From Eledone cirrhosa (lineage: Eukaryota), in contig OZ024750.1 of NCBI GenBank assembly GCA_964016885.1, positions 41,168,001 through 41,232,000 of the forward strand: a stretch of 64,000 nt of DNA, given 5' to 3'. A program made the translations under genes and the position numbers. Numbering within the stretch: the first letter of the stretch is position 1; every line of letters begins with the position of its first letter. A model generated the notes under the pieces. It worked only from the letters and a program-made list of their open reading frames with translations, searched no databases and was not told the origin of the DNA. Shown in pieces: positions 52,103-64,000 of the stretch.

Positions 52103-52945
52103 GCTACATGATAAATGTACACAGTACACACTGTACAGTGGTTGGTGATAGGAAGGGCATCCGGCTGTAAAAAGCTTGCTAAACAATGGGTTGGGAGAAC
52201 TCTTCAGTCATGTCAAAGACAAACTCTTCTGTGCACTCAGTAGAATTTGTGACTGTACATAAGCAAGACACAGATCCCTGGCCTGTCTGGGAGATCAGTA
52301 GCTCAATGTCAGCAGTGGCTTGGTCTATGTTGATCCATCCAACCCTTGCTAGCAAGGAAAACCGATGTTAAAATGATGATGATAATTAACCTTTAACATC
52401 CTGTAATAATTTAGCAGAAAATAGCTAAAGACAGGTTAATTCAGATGTTTATAGCTACTTTACTAGAGGCCAGATCATTGTAAGAAATTACAGTATTAGA
52501 GTATAAAGACTTCAATGTTGTGTGCTGCAATCATAGTGTTGTTTTGTACTTTACAAGAATGTCTTGTTAATGTGGTTTCATTTAGTAGAGGATGTTAAGA
52601 ATTAAACAATACTAGCATTCAGCTGTCCCAACTAATAGTCCCAACTGATCTGACTATTGAAAACTTTATCAATAGACTGTATATATTCCAAGGAGAAATT
52701 ATAAAGGATTAAATATAACTCCATTAAACCCTTGTATTTCAACTTCTCATTGAGCTTAATTCACAACATTGACTTCATTTTAAAATCAAACCATTGTGTA
52801 AAGTATTAAAGGGTTTATCTTCAAAATATCCTGCCTCTAATCCAGCATTCACAGAACCCCAATAAAGCCCTTAATTCTTCCATTACCATATATCTCTAAT
52901 TAAAGACACTGCCTATTATTTTCAAATCATTTAAAAAATAATCAA

Positions 52946-53630
52946 TGATACTACAGGAATGTGGTTAGAATGTCTCAGGAAAGAACTGCTGGACAGATTT
53001 GAGAGTTCACAGCTCTGATGCTAAGGACATGTGGTTAGAATGTCTCAGGAAAGAACTGCTGGACAGATTTGAGAGTTCACAGCTCTGATGCTAAGGACAT
53101 GTGGTTAGAATGTCTCAGGAAAGAACTGCTGGACAGATTTGAGAGTTCACAGCTCTGATACTAAGGACATGTGGTTAGAATGTCTCAGGAAAGAACTGCT
53201 GGACAGATTTGAGAGTTCACAGCTCTGATACTAAGGACATGTGGTTAGAATGTCTCAGGAAAGAACTGCTGGACAGATTTGAGAGTTCACAGCTCTGATA
53301 CTAAGGACATGTGGTTAGAATGTCTCAGGAAAGAACTGCTGGACAGATTTGAGAGTTCACAGCTCTGATACTAAGGACATGTGGTTAGAATGTCTCAGGA
53401 AAGAACTGCTGGACAGATTTGAGAGTTCACAGCTCTGATACTAAGGACATGTAGTTAGAATGTCTCAGGAAAGAATCACTGGACAGATTTGAGAGATCAC
53501 AGCTCTGATACTACAGGTATGTGGTTAGAATGTCTCAAGAAAGAACTGCTGGACAGATTTGAGAGATCACAGCTCTGATACTTCAGGTATGTGGTTAGAA
53601 TGTCTCAAGAAAGAATCGTTGGATAGACTT
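52946..53630. repeat. 70-bp minisatellite derived from RTE LINE coding sequence
   Basis: gtggttagaatgtctcagg-like starts recur every 70 bp (52961 to 53591) and run into an RTE 3' fragment ending at about 53800. Confidence 0.92.
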
Positions 53631-54920
53631 TAGAGGCTAAAACCAACTGGCAGCAGGAGACTCTGGGATAGACCCCCAGCTGGTTCCACTTGAGGATCTA
53701 GCCAGATCAATTGGAGATGGTTGCTTCTGACAAGACGTGCTGGAAGAGTGTTTCAGCACTCTTCCCCCAACAGTCCCTCCCAGGAATAAGTTGGTCAAGT
53801 AGAAAAAGAAGATATAATTTTATTATCCTACTAAATCTATCGGTGGTACTGGCTGTGCTTAAAAATATCTAAGTGTTGCCAGCATTTTTATATCATCTCT
53901 GGAAAATGTAACACATTTAATTAGTAAAGGTTTTAGAAATTTAGCAGATTAAAAGTTAGTATTTCTGGGGCCCAAACAGAGGGTCACTAGACCAGAGCTT
54001 GCCTCAGTTTCATGTGAAGTTAAGTGTCAGGGTATAAGACTATATCTCTCTCAGATGGGACACAAGTCCATTACAAAATTAACCCCCAGCTGTTGCTGCT
54101 GGTACTTATTTTTTAATTAAGTTGACTGGAGCAACATGGAATGAAGTGCCTTGCTCAAGAACACAATTCAAACACTTAGTCTGAGAATTGAAGCCATGAC
54201 CTTATGACTGTGACAACCAACACCCTAACCACTAGGCCATACATGAAGACACATGTATGGTCGCATAACTCCCGAGGAGTTGTAGTAGAGCCATGTTGAC
54301 ATACAGTGTTTCTAGGGCATTTCTTTACAACCTGGCGGAGCCCATCTCCTCTCCAGGCCTGAAAACAGCAGATTTCTTTTAGAGAAAGATAGAGAGTGAG
54401 AGATAAATACATTTTAAAGAACTTTAGAACCTCACCAAAACATATTTTAAAGCAAGACTAATAGAATTGTTGGAGGACGAGTGTCTCAGTCTTTGCAGCA
54501 CTGGTTTTCATTCCTGCTGCGCAGCACTCAGCAGCAAACCTCTTCAGTGCATGTCGGAGATTACCTTCTGACAAGTAGTACCATCCATACTGTCTGCAAA
54601 TTCCAACCAACTGATGCTACACTCGCCAGGTGTTTTAATACAACATCCAACATGGCTGCACAAGTTAATCGTGTTCGTGAAGTTTATGAACAGGAAAAGG
54701 AAAAGTGAGAGTACGCACACTTGGAAGAGTCGGGAAGGCATGTCTGGGGAGCCTTCCCCTTCAAGTCTCTCAGGAATAAGTGGAAGGAGAAAGAGGAGGA
54801 GGAAGACTAATAGAATTAATAGATATATAGATCCAGTCAATTATTATTTGCTATCCTTCATTGTGTTAATATCATATCTGTTAGACAAGAATATTTTGGT
54901 TTTGTTTATTAATAAGTTAC

Positions 54921-55091
54921 CAATTTATAGTTGCTTTTGGTTGGAGATGAAATCGGTATGGAAGAATTTATTACATATTGGTGAGGCACTTCATAAGCTA
55001 TTGTTGCATTAGCAATTCTCATACAGTCTTCCAGGGTTTGTATGAATGTATCACAGGTAGCACTCAATAGAGACGTTGCATCATTCAATTT
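54921..55091 (-). CDS. PLEKHA8: PLEKHA8/FAPP2 exon (post-PH helical region)
   Basis: ttttag / gtaact, 171 nt, phase 0 to 0; [57 protein letters not shown]. An alternative in-phase donor (gtaata) would end the exon at 54975. Confidence 0.88.
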
Positions 55092-55151
55092 CTAAAATAG
55101 ACAAAAACAATTTAATACATTTAATACAATACAATATAATATAATATAAAT

Positions 55152-55490
55152 ATCATCATCATTTCATTTTACGTCTACTTTTCCCTGCTTCCAAGGGTGG
55201 GACGGGAACTGATTCTGGCTTGATTTCTACAGCTGGATGCCCTTCCTAACACCAACCTCATTTACAGTGAGTGCTGGGTGCTTTTTTGCCGTGGCACCTC
55301 CACGTCCACTTTGCAGTGGAATGATAGGGACCCCAGTCCCTATCATCTCATTTCTACAGCTGAGTAAACTGGAACAATGTGAAATAAAGTGTCTTACTCA
55401 AGGAAACAACGCATCCCCCGGTCTGAGAATTGAACTCACAACCTTTCGATTGCAAGGCCAATGCTCTAACCACTAAGCCATGTGCCTCCA
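55152..55490 (-). mobile_element. SINE family B, full length
   Basis: Reverse complement of 43343-43684 and 59883-60220 with few mismatches. Confidence 0.9.
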
Positions 55491-55509
55491 AATATATATA
55501 ATAATAATG

Positions 55510-55870
55510 ATTTCTAGTATAGGCACAAGGCCAGTAATTTGGGGGGAAGAGAAAAGTTGATTAAATTGACCCCAGTATGTTACTGGTACTTTATTTTATC
55601 GACCCCGTAAGGATGAAAAGCAAAGTTAACCTCGGCGAGATTTGAACTCAGAACGTAAAGGGCCATGACTATATATAATAATAATAATTGTTTCTATTTT
55701 AGGCACAAGGCCGCAATTACCCAGTACATTACTGGTACTTTATTTTATCGACCCCGTAAGGATGAAAGGCAAAGTTAACCTCGGCGGGATTTGAACTCAG
55801 AATGGCAAGGGCCGTAACTCTATGCGTCAAAGCATGGTGTCCGACTCTCTACCGATACTGCCAATCCACC
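55510..55870 (-). mobile_element. Two SINE family A copies
   Basis: Family A motifs in reverse orientation. Confidence 0.85.
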
Positions 55871-56415
55871 AATAATAATGTTGATCAATACACAAAATAT
55901 TGATTGTATTGTCTGTCTCTGGCGCAGGCCAACAGGAGTGCTAAAATAGGTCATTGCTATGTCCTTAATTCAGCTAAACTAAATTGAAATTTAAAAAAGA
56001 ATTTTTGAGAAGCAGAAATACTATATATATATATATATACATCATCATCATCATCATCATCATCGTTTAACGTCCATCTTCCACGCTAGCATGGGTTAGA
56101 CGGGAGTTGTCCCACTTGAGGCAAGGTTGGTCGGGTGACCGTGTCTCCCTCATATAGGACTATCTAGCAGGTTTTCTACGGCTGGATGCCCTTCATATAT
56201 ATATATATATATGCATGCCAATATACAATCCAACCTGTAAGGTGGTAGCGCTGATGCCATGACAAAAGCACCCTGTCCACCCTGTAAGGTGGTAGTGCTG
56301 GTGCCATGACAAAACTTCATTATCTAATCACACACACAATGTAGTTGAACTTTTCTTAAGCATGTATGTATGTACACTTTCATATTCTTCTCAGCACACA
56401 CAAAATATACGTGTG

Positions 56416-56450
<35 letters not shown>

Positions 56451-56555
56451 CCATGTGTCTGTGCCCTTTCAAGGCTGTTCCCCAGCAAAACAATAAAAGA
56501 AGAGTGTAAAGAATAAATTAAAAGAAAAAGAAGAAAAAAAAACCTTTCTTCCTAC

Positions 56556-56683
56556 CTGGATATCCGGAGTTTCACCTGGGTTTGAGATTGCTTGTTTGAC
56601 AGACTGAACTTGCTTCATCAGGAGATCACAATACAGTCTCAGTTCAGATTTTTTGGTCTTCACAATATCGGGGGAAATTTCTC
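56556..56683 (-). CDS. PLEKHA8: PLEKHA8/FAPP2 exon
   Basis: gaccag / gtagga, 128 nt, phase 1 to 0; (G)EISPDIVKTKKSELRLYCDLLMKQVQSVKQAISNPGETPDIQ, cf. FAPP LKTKMSELRLYCDLL. Confidence 0.93.
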
Positions 56684-57002
56684 CTGGTCAAAAATAAAAC
56701 ATTTCAGTAGCTCCTCGAAAAATATACACAATGAAGCTTAATTCTTAACATCCTGTGACACACGAAGCCCCATTAGCACGTTTCTTAAAAAGTCTTGAAA
56801 ATATCAGGGAAAATTTGTCTTAGTTACAAATAAAACATTTCAATAGCTCCTCTAAAGAATTTATGAAAGGATATTTACTGTAATTAAAAACCAAATTTAA
56901 TTTCTATTCAATTTTTTAAAATATAATTTAGATAATTTTTTTTTTTTTTTAATATATTTTGGTTATTGATAAACTGATTTAGATCCAATGTTGAGAACAA
57001 AC

Positions 57003-57158
57003 CTGTACTTTCTGGGGATCGTCCACTTGCCAGGCAAGCTTTTGAAGTACCGAGGGCAATAAGCCATTGTTGGCGTTCATGAGGTGTGGCTGCTTTTAAA
57101 TAAAAGTGTTGTTCTCCAGGAATGACCAAGTCTAACCGTGTTGAATCTGATGGGTGCA
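57003..57158 (-). CDS. PLEKHA8: PLEKHA8/FAPP2 exon (PH domain, C-terminal half)
   Basis: ttacag / gtttgt, 156 nt, phase 1 to 1; (V)HPSDSTRLDLVIPGEQHFYLKAATPHERQQWLIALGTSKACLASGRSPEST. Confidence 0.95.
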
Positions 57159-57510
57159 CTGTAAAATAAATTAAGCATATATCATAGTTTAGCATGTAGT
57201 GTTCTTTTCTTAGTCTTGACGTCCTGTACCACATGAAACCACATTAGTGAGACATTTTTTGAAAAGTATATAAAACAGCTCTAGGACTGTATCACATTAA
57301 GCATTAGCGGTTTGTCAGTGGTTAATATAGTAGGAGAGGACATTAAGAAGAGCATCTGACGATAGAAAAATTACCTCAAAAATGTTCATCCATCCCATGC
57401 CAAGATGGGGAAGTGGACATGATGACAATAACGATGAGAAAAAGTGATGAGACCAACTAAAACGAAATGACTCAGTAGATTGAGATAAACAAAGAAAGTA
57501 AATAACTTAC

Positions 57511-57627
57511 CAACTACATCACATACTGTCATCTTTATTGACCCTTTACAACCACTGTTGACAACTTCTTGAGATTTGTAGTATGATAAAATGCCATTTT
57601 CTAAAATGAACCATCGAGGTTGCCAAC
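57511..57627 (-). CDS. PLEKHA8: PLEKHA8/FAPP2 exon (PH domain, N-terminal half; probable exon 2)
   Basis: tttcag / gtaagt, 117 nt, phase 1 to 1; (G)[38 protein letters not shown], the FAPP/OSBP-type PI4P-binding PH signature. Absent from the ORF track. Confidence 0.95.
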
Positions 57628-58001
57628 CTGAAATAAATGAAAATAATAAAATGTTGTTTTCTTGAAAGAAAATGGTATGTTTACGATGGCTAAGACAATG
57701 GGAAATGGACGGTAGTATATAACATAGAAAATGGTATGTTTAACCCTTTAGCACTTAAACTGACCATATCCGGCCAGAATTCTCTCACCTCTTTCTGTTC
57801 AAACCGGCGATAAATGGCCGCTTATACTGATGTTAAGGTATTGTTCTCAAAATAAATAACACCAAAATCTCGTAGATTCGATATTATGTGAGATAAAGCC
57901 TTTACTACAAAAATACAATAGTATATATAGAGCACTGTAAATACTAAAGTGTTAAGATGGTTAAGACAATATGAAATAGAATGTAGCAATTGATATGTTT
58001 A

Positions 58002-58098
58002 ACCTTTAACATGCTAGAAATTTTTTATGAATTGCTTCCCTTATGTATTAAGGGGAGATTACTCTATCGGTGACAATGCACCAGTAGTGTCCAGAAGG
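58002..58098. mobile_element. Short TTAA-flanked MITE, family 2
   Basis: TTAA-CCTT...AAGG-TTAA; interior ttttatgaattgcttccctt...taaggggagattactctatcgg also at about 43875-43960 and reversed at about 41325-41430. Confidence 0.65.
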
Positions 58099-58242
58099 TT
58101 AAGAAGGTTAAGACATTGTGAACTGGACAGTAAAATGAAGGTAAAAAGTTAATTACCTGCTATTTATTGTTATCTTTTTTTTTCCGTCCTAATATTAATC
58201 TATCTATTGATAAATAGATACATAAATGACCGAAAGAATATA

Positions 58243-58540
58243 ATTGCAAATACAAGTGGCTGAAAAGGGGTTCCTTCGAAGGGTCTTTGGAGTAACGTTA
58301 CTCTATAGAGTGCAGAGCTCAGAGAGCAATGAGTCGCTCCGAATTCAGAGCTCTCAGCTCCAATATTACAGACATGTTGTTAGAATGTCTCAGGTAAGAA
58401 TCGCTGGACAGATTTTTAGGGGCAAAACCAACTGGCAGGAGACCTAGGCCGCGCGTGATGGTTGGATAACATCCATGAGCTCTGCTGGTCTTACTTGGAG
58501 ATCAAGCCAGATCAATTGGAGAAAGTTGCTACTGACAGGA
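58243..58540 (+). mobile_element. RTE-like LINE 3' fragment
   Basis: IQVAEKGFLRRVFGVTLLYRVQSSE...SQLQYYRHVVRMSQ. Confidence 0.8.
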
Positions 58541-59882
58541 CAAGCTGAAAGAAGGAGTGTGTGAGGAGATGGACCCACACAACATGTGGGCAAAGAAGAA
58601 TAAAATAAAATGTTTCCATTTAACCCTTTAGTGTTCAAACCAGCCAAAATTCTCTACCTCTTTCTGTTGAAACTGGCTGTAACTGGTCGCTCAAACTGAT
58701 GTTAAGGTATTGTTCTCAAAATAAATACTTTCAAAATCTCATAGATTCGATATTATGTGAGATAATTATGTGCGGTAAAGCCTTTACCATGAAAATATAA
58801 TAGTATACATAAAATAATGTGAATGCTAAAGGGTTAAAACAGGAAAATAAAAATTAAATGTTAAATAAAACAGCAATTATTAAGAAAGTGTGATGAATGG
58901 TACAACATATGTTTCAAAGATCCGGCACCAATATTGTTTAGTACGTAGTAACTTTTCCACAACGTTCTACTTGAATTTTATTTTATTTTTAATTTTTTTT
59001 TTTTTAAATAAAAGCCTATTTATCTAAGCAACAAATTATACAGCTGTCAGCCATGAAACAGATGTTTCAGCTTCACAAAGTCAAAACTGTGATAATATAT
59101 AATAACCATATAACATCACACACTGGTATCAAATCAATATAGTTTGAATTTCACTTGCTAATGAATTGAGAATTGAGTGAATTGTTTCAACAGTGAATTC
59201 AGAAACTATTACCACTCAACATTCAACAGACATCATTTAATGTTTAAAGAAAATAATTATACCTAATGCTTCAATGTAGTGAGTTTATAACTTCTAAATT
59301 AGAGAGTTACCAAGTTACAGTTTTAAAAAAAAAAAAGAAAAAAAATGGAAGAAAAAGCAAATAAATATTACTTTATTTAGCTTTCTTCAGAAAGATTTCA
59401 ATAAATATTTTTAGATACACCATATATATATGCATGCATGGTCCAATAACTCCTGAGAGAGTCGTAGAGGCAACATATTGACATACAGCGTTTCTTGGGC
59501 ATTTTAAGCCTGCAGAGCCCATCACCTCTCTCCAGGTCTGAATACAGCAGATTTCTTCCAAAGAAGAGAGGGAGAGAATGGAAGTGAGAAAGAGACATAG
59601 GGGAAGAATCGGCCCCAGTACTAAACTGATACTTTTTTTTATTGCCCTTGAACTTGTGTAAAAAATCTCACTATTTTCTACAAAACCTAGGACGCACCAA
59701 GAAAAATCTGGCCAGGGGTGGTGAGAGCTGACCTTAAATCACTGAGACTCACAGAGGAGATGACGAAGGAACGTGATGAGTGGAGAGATGCTGTGCTGAG
59801 AAGAACCTACCCAACCTATGCAAGTGGAAAAACAGACGTAAAAACGATGATGATGATTCTGATGTATATATACTGATATATA

Positions 59883-60220
59883 TGGAGGCACATGGCTTAG
59901 TGGTTAGAGCATTGGCCTTGCAATCGAAAGGTTGTGAGTTCAATTCTCAGACCAGCTGATGTGTTGTTTCCTTGAGCAAGACACTTTATTTCACATTGCT
60001 CCAGTTTACTCAGCTGTAGAAATGAGATGATAGGGACTGGGGTCCATATCATTCCACTGCAAAGTGGTTGTGGAGGTGCCACGGCAAAAAAGCACCCAGC
60101 ACTCACTGTAAATGAGGTTGGTGTTAGGAAGGGCATCCAGCTGTAGAAATCAAGCCAGCATCAGTTCCCGTCCCACCCTTGCAAACAGGGAAAAAGCAGA
60201 CGTAAAATTAAATGATGATG
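59883..60220 (+). mobile_element. SINE family B, full length
   Basis: Near-identical to 43343-43684. Confidence 0.9.
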
Positions 60221-60225
60221 ATATA

Positions 60226-61067
60226 CAGGGTGTCCCAATAAATGTATACACACTTATTACAATGCTGTTGAAGTGTATACATTCTTGGGTGACATCCTGT
60301 GTGTGTATGTATATATACATACAGAGTGTCCCAATAAATGTATACACACTTTTATTACAATGCTGTTGAAGTGTGTATACATTCTTGGGTGACACCCTGT
60401 GCGTGTATGTATGTATATATATACATACAGGGTGTCCCAATAAATGTATACACACTTTTATTACAATGCTGTTGAAGTGTATATACATTCTTGGGTGACA
60501 TCCTGTGTGTGTATATATATATACATACAGGGTGTCCCAATAAATGTATACACACTTTTATTACAATGCTGTTGAAGTGTGTATACATTTTTGGGGGACA
60601 CCCTGTGTGTGTATATATATATATATACAGGGTGTCCCAATAAATGTATACACACTTTTATTACAATGCTGTTGAAGTGTGTATACATTCTTGGGTGACA
60701 TCCTGTAGGGTGTCCCAATAAATGTATACACACTTATTACAATGCTGTTGACATGTATACAATCTTGGGTGACATCCTGTGTGTGTATGTATATATACAT
60801 ACAGGGTGTCCCAATAAATGTATACACACTTATTACAATGCTGTTGACGTGTATACATGCTTGGGTGACACCCTGTGTGTGTATGTATATATACATACAG
60901 GGTGTCCCAATAAATGTATACACACTTATTACAATGCTGTTGACGTGTATACATGCTTGGGTGACACCCTGTGTGTGTATGTATATATACATACAGGGTG
61001 TCCCAATAAATGTATACACACTTATTACAATGCTGTTGACGTGTATACATGCTTGGGTGACACCCTG
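60226..61067. mobile_element. Tandem array of 9 palindromic Tc1/mariner-type mini-MITEs (about 75-80 bp each)
   Basis: Each unit is TA-CAGGGTGTCCCAATAAATGTATACACACTT-(tt)attacaatgctgttg-AAGTGTGTATACATTCTTGGGTGACACCCTG, mostly separated by (TG)n(TA)n spacers. Confidence 0.88.
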
Positions 61068-61222
61068 TGTATATAAATATATATAAGGAGCTAAAATATC
61101 TGTAGTGATACACATACACACTTTCAGTAATCTTCTGTTAAAATGACAATATTTCAACAATGTAAATAAACAGTGTTGCCTTGATAATTGCACTGAAGTG
61201 CGAGTGTATGCGAAATTCATTA

Positions 61223-61772
61223 TTTTAGGGCGGTGAATTGGCAGTATGGATAGAGAGTCGGACACAATGCTTCGAAGCATAGAGTTACGTCCCTTTACGG
61301 TCTGAGTTCAAATCTCGTCGAGGTTAACTTTGCCTTTCATCCTTACGGGGATCGATAAAATAAAGTACCAGTAATGTACTGGGTGATTGCTGGCCTTGTG
61401 CCTGAAGTAGAAACAGTTATTTTAGGGCGGTGAATTGGCAGTATCAGTAGAGGGTCGGACGCCATGCTTTCCAGCATAGTTACGTCCCTTTACGGTCTGA
61501 GTTCAAATCTCGTCGAGGTTAACTTTGCCTTTCATCCTTACGGGGATCGATAAAATAAAGTACCAGTAATGTACTGGGTGATTGCTGGCCTTGTGCCTGA
61601 AGTAGAAACAGTTATTTTAGGGCGGTGAATTGGCAGTATCAGTAGAGGGTCGGACGCCATGCTTTCCAGCATAGTTACGTCCCTTTACGGTCTGAGTTCA
61701 AATCTCGTGAAAAATAAAGTACCAGTAACGTACTGGGTGATTGCTGTCCTTGTGCCAAAAGTAGAAACAATT
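61223..61772 (+). mobile_element. Tandem trimer of SINE family A (third copy internally deleted)
   Basis: tagggcggtgaattggcagtat at 61226, 61423 and 61618. Confidence 0.88.
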
Positions 61773-61884
61773 ATTTTAACAACTTATATCATCATAGTCA
61801 CAATGTACACAGTTGGAAAATATATCTGCAGAGTATATAATTGTTTATGGCAGTTGAGAAAACAGATTGAGGTGGGGCGAGTTA

Positions 61885-61901
61885 ATACACTAGTTACACA
61901 C

Positions 61902-61951
<50 letters not shown>

Positions 61952-62282
61952 TTATACACACACACACACACTAGTTATACACACACACACTAGTTACACA
62001 CACACACACACTAGTTACATACACACACACTAGTTACACATACACTAGTTACACACACACACACACTAGTTATACACACATACACTAGTTACACATACAC
62101 TAGTTATACACACACACACACTAGTTACACATACACACACACTAGTTACACATACACACACACTAGTTACACACACACACTAGTTACACACAAACACACA
62201 CACTAGTTACACACAAACACACTAGTTACACACAAACACACTAGTTACACACACACACACTAGTTATACACACACACACTAG

Positions 62283-62328
<46 letters not shown>

Positions 62329-64000
62329 TACACACAAACACTAGTTACACACAAACACTAGTTACACACACACACTAGTTATACACACACACACACTAGT
62401 TACACACAAACACACTAGTTATACACACAAACACACTAGTTATACACACACACACACTAGTTATACACACACACACACTAGTTATACACACAAACACACT
62501 AGTTATACACAAACACACTAGTTATACACAAACACACTAGTTATACACACACACACTAGTTATACACACACACACTAGTTATACACACACACACTAGTTA
62601 TACACACACACACTAGTTACACACAAACACACTAGTTACACAAACACACACTAGTTACACACAAACACACACTAGTTACACACAAACACACACTAGTTAC
62701 ACACAAACACACACTAGTTACACACAAACACACACTAGTTACACACACACACACACTAGTTACACACACACACACTAGTTACACACACACACACTAGTTA
62801 TACACACACACACTAGTTATACACACACACACTAGTTATACACACACACACTAGTTATACACACACACACTAGTTATACACACACACACTAGTTATACAC
62901 ACACACACTAGTTATACACACACACACTAGTTATACACACACACACTAGTTATACACACACACACTAGTTATACACACACACACTAGTTACACACACACA
63001 CACACTAGTTACACACACACACACTAGTTACACACACACACACTAGTTACACACACACACACTAGTTACACACACACACACTAGTTACACACACACACAC
63101 TAGTTACACACACACACACTAGTTACACACACACACACTAGTTATACACACACACACTAGTTATACACACACACACTAGTTATACACACACACACTAGTT
63201 ATACACACACACACTATTTATACACACACACACTATTTATACACAAACACACTAGTTACACACACACACACTAGTTACACACACACTAGTTACACACACA
63301 CACACTAGTTACACACACACACACACTAGTTACACACACACACACACACTAGTTATACACAAACACACTAGTTATACACAAACACACTAGTTATACACAA
63401 ACACACTAGTTATACACAAACACACTAGTTACACACAAACACTAGTTACACACAAAACACACTAGTTATACACACACACACTAGTTACACACACACACAC
63501 TAGTTACACACACACACACTAGCTACACACACACACACTAGTTACACACAAACACACTAGTTATACACAAACACACTAGTTATACACAAACACACTAGTT
63601 ATACACAAACACACTAGTTACACACAAACACACTAGTTACACACACACACACACTAGTTATACACACACACACTAGTTATACACAAACACTAGTTACACA
63701 CAAACACACTAGTTATACACAAACACACTAGTTATACACAAACACACTAGTTATACACAAACACACTAGTTATACACAAACACACTAGTTATACACAAAC
63801 ACACTAGTTATACACAAACACACGTTATACACAAACACACTAGTTATACACAAACACACTAGTTATACACAAACACACTAGTTATACACAAACACACTAG
63901 TTATACACAAACACACTAGTTACACACAAACACACTAGTTACACACACACACACTAGTTATACACAAACACACTAGTTATACACAAACACACTAGTTACA
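61885..64000. repeat. (CA)n-based minisatellite punctuated by CTAGTTA (units about 17-21 bp)
   Basis: acacacacactagtta(t/c) repeated to the window end. Confidence 0.97.

Noticed and set aside
53830-53900. Extra PLEKHA8 exon after a ttccag acceptor-like site
   Set aside because: Stop codons in all three frames, including an immediate TGA in the required phase 0.
60226-61067. CRISPR array
   Set aside because: Eukaryotic intron context, no cas genes, repeats too long, and the spacers are simple TG/TA runs.
57630-64000. PLEKHA8 exon 1 (expected MEGxLxKWTNY-like)
   Set aside because: Not found by eye; probably beyond the window end.

Overview
AT-rich, repeat-dense eukaryotic DNA. The SINE families and microsatellite style suggest a coleoid cephalopod such as an octopus, but this is inference only. 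The main gene is a minus-strand, spliced PLEKHA8/FAPP2 orthologue (PH domain plus GLTP domain). I traced 11 coding exons by hand between 57627 and 38485, with consistent GT-AG phases (1496 nt, about 498 aa); I did not find exon 1 in the window. A second likely gene is a repeat-free 705-aa plus-strand ORF (21259-23376) of unknown family, followed by AATAAA. The first 17 kb is a GAA-rich array and a 15.4-kb 33-bp minisatellite that runs into a 200-N gap; the multi-thousand-aa ORFs there are repeat artefacts. The remainder is tRNA-derived SINEs, TTAA (piggyBac-type), hAT and Tc1/mariner/pogo-type MITEs, a non-autonomous Helitron, RTE and CRE-like LINE fragments, and minisatellites, several of them visibly derived from transposon pieces. 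The most notable observations are a 9-unit tandem array of palindromic mini-MITEs, a twin-priming-type inverted RTE insertion, a duplicated acceptor of the last PLEKHA8 exon, loss of the GLTP membrane-docking Trp, and inverted near-identical SINEs bracketing the PH exons. I found no well-supported new multi-gene system.
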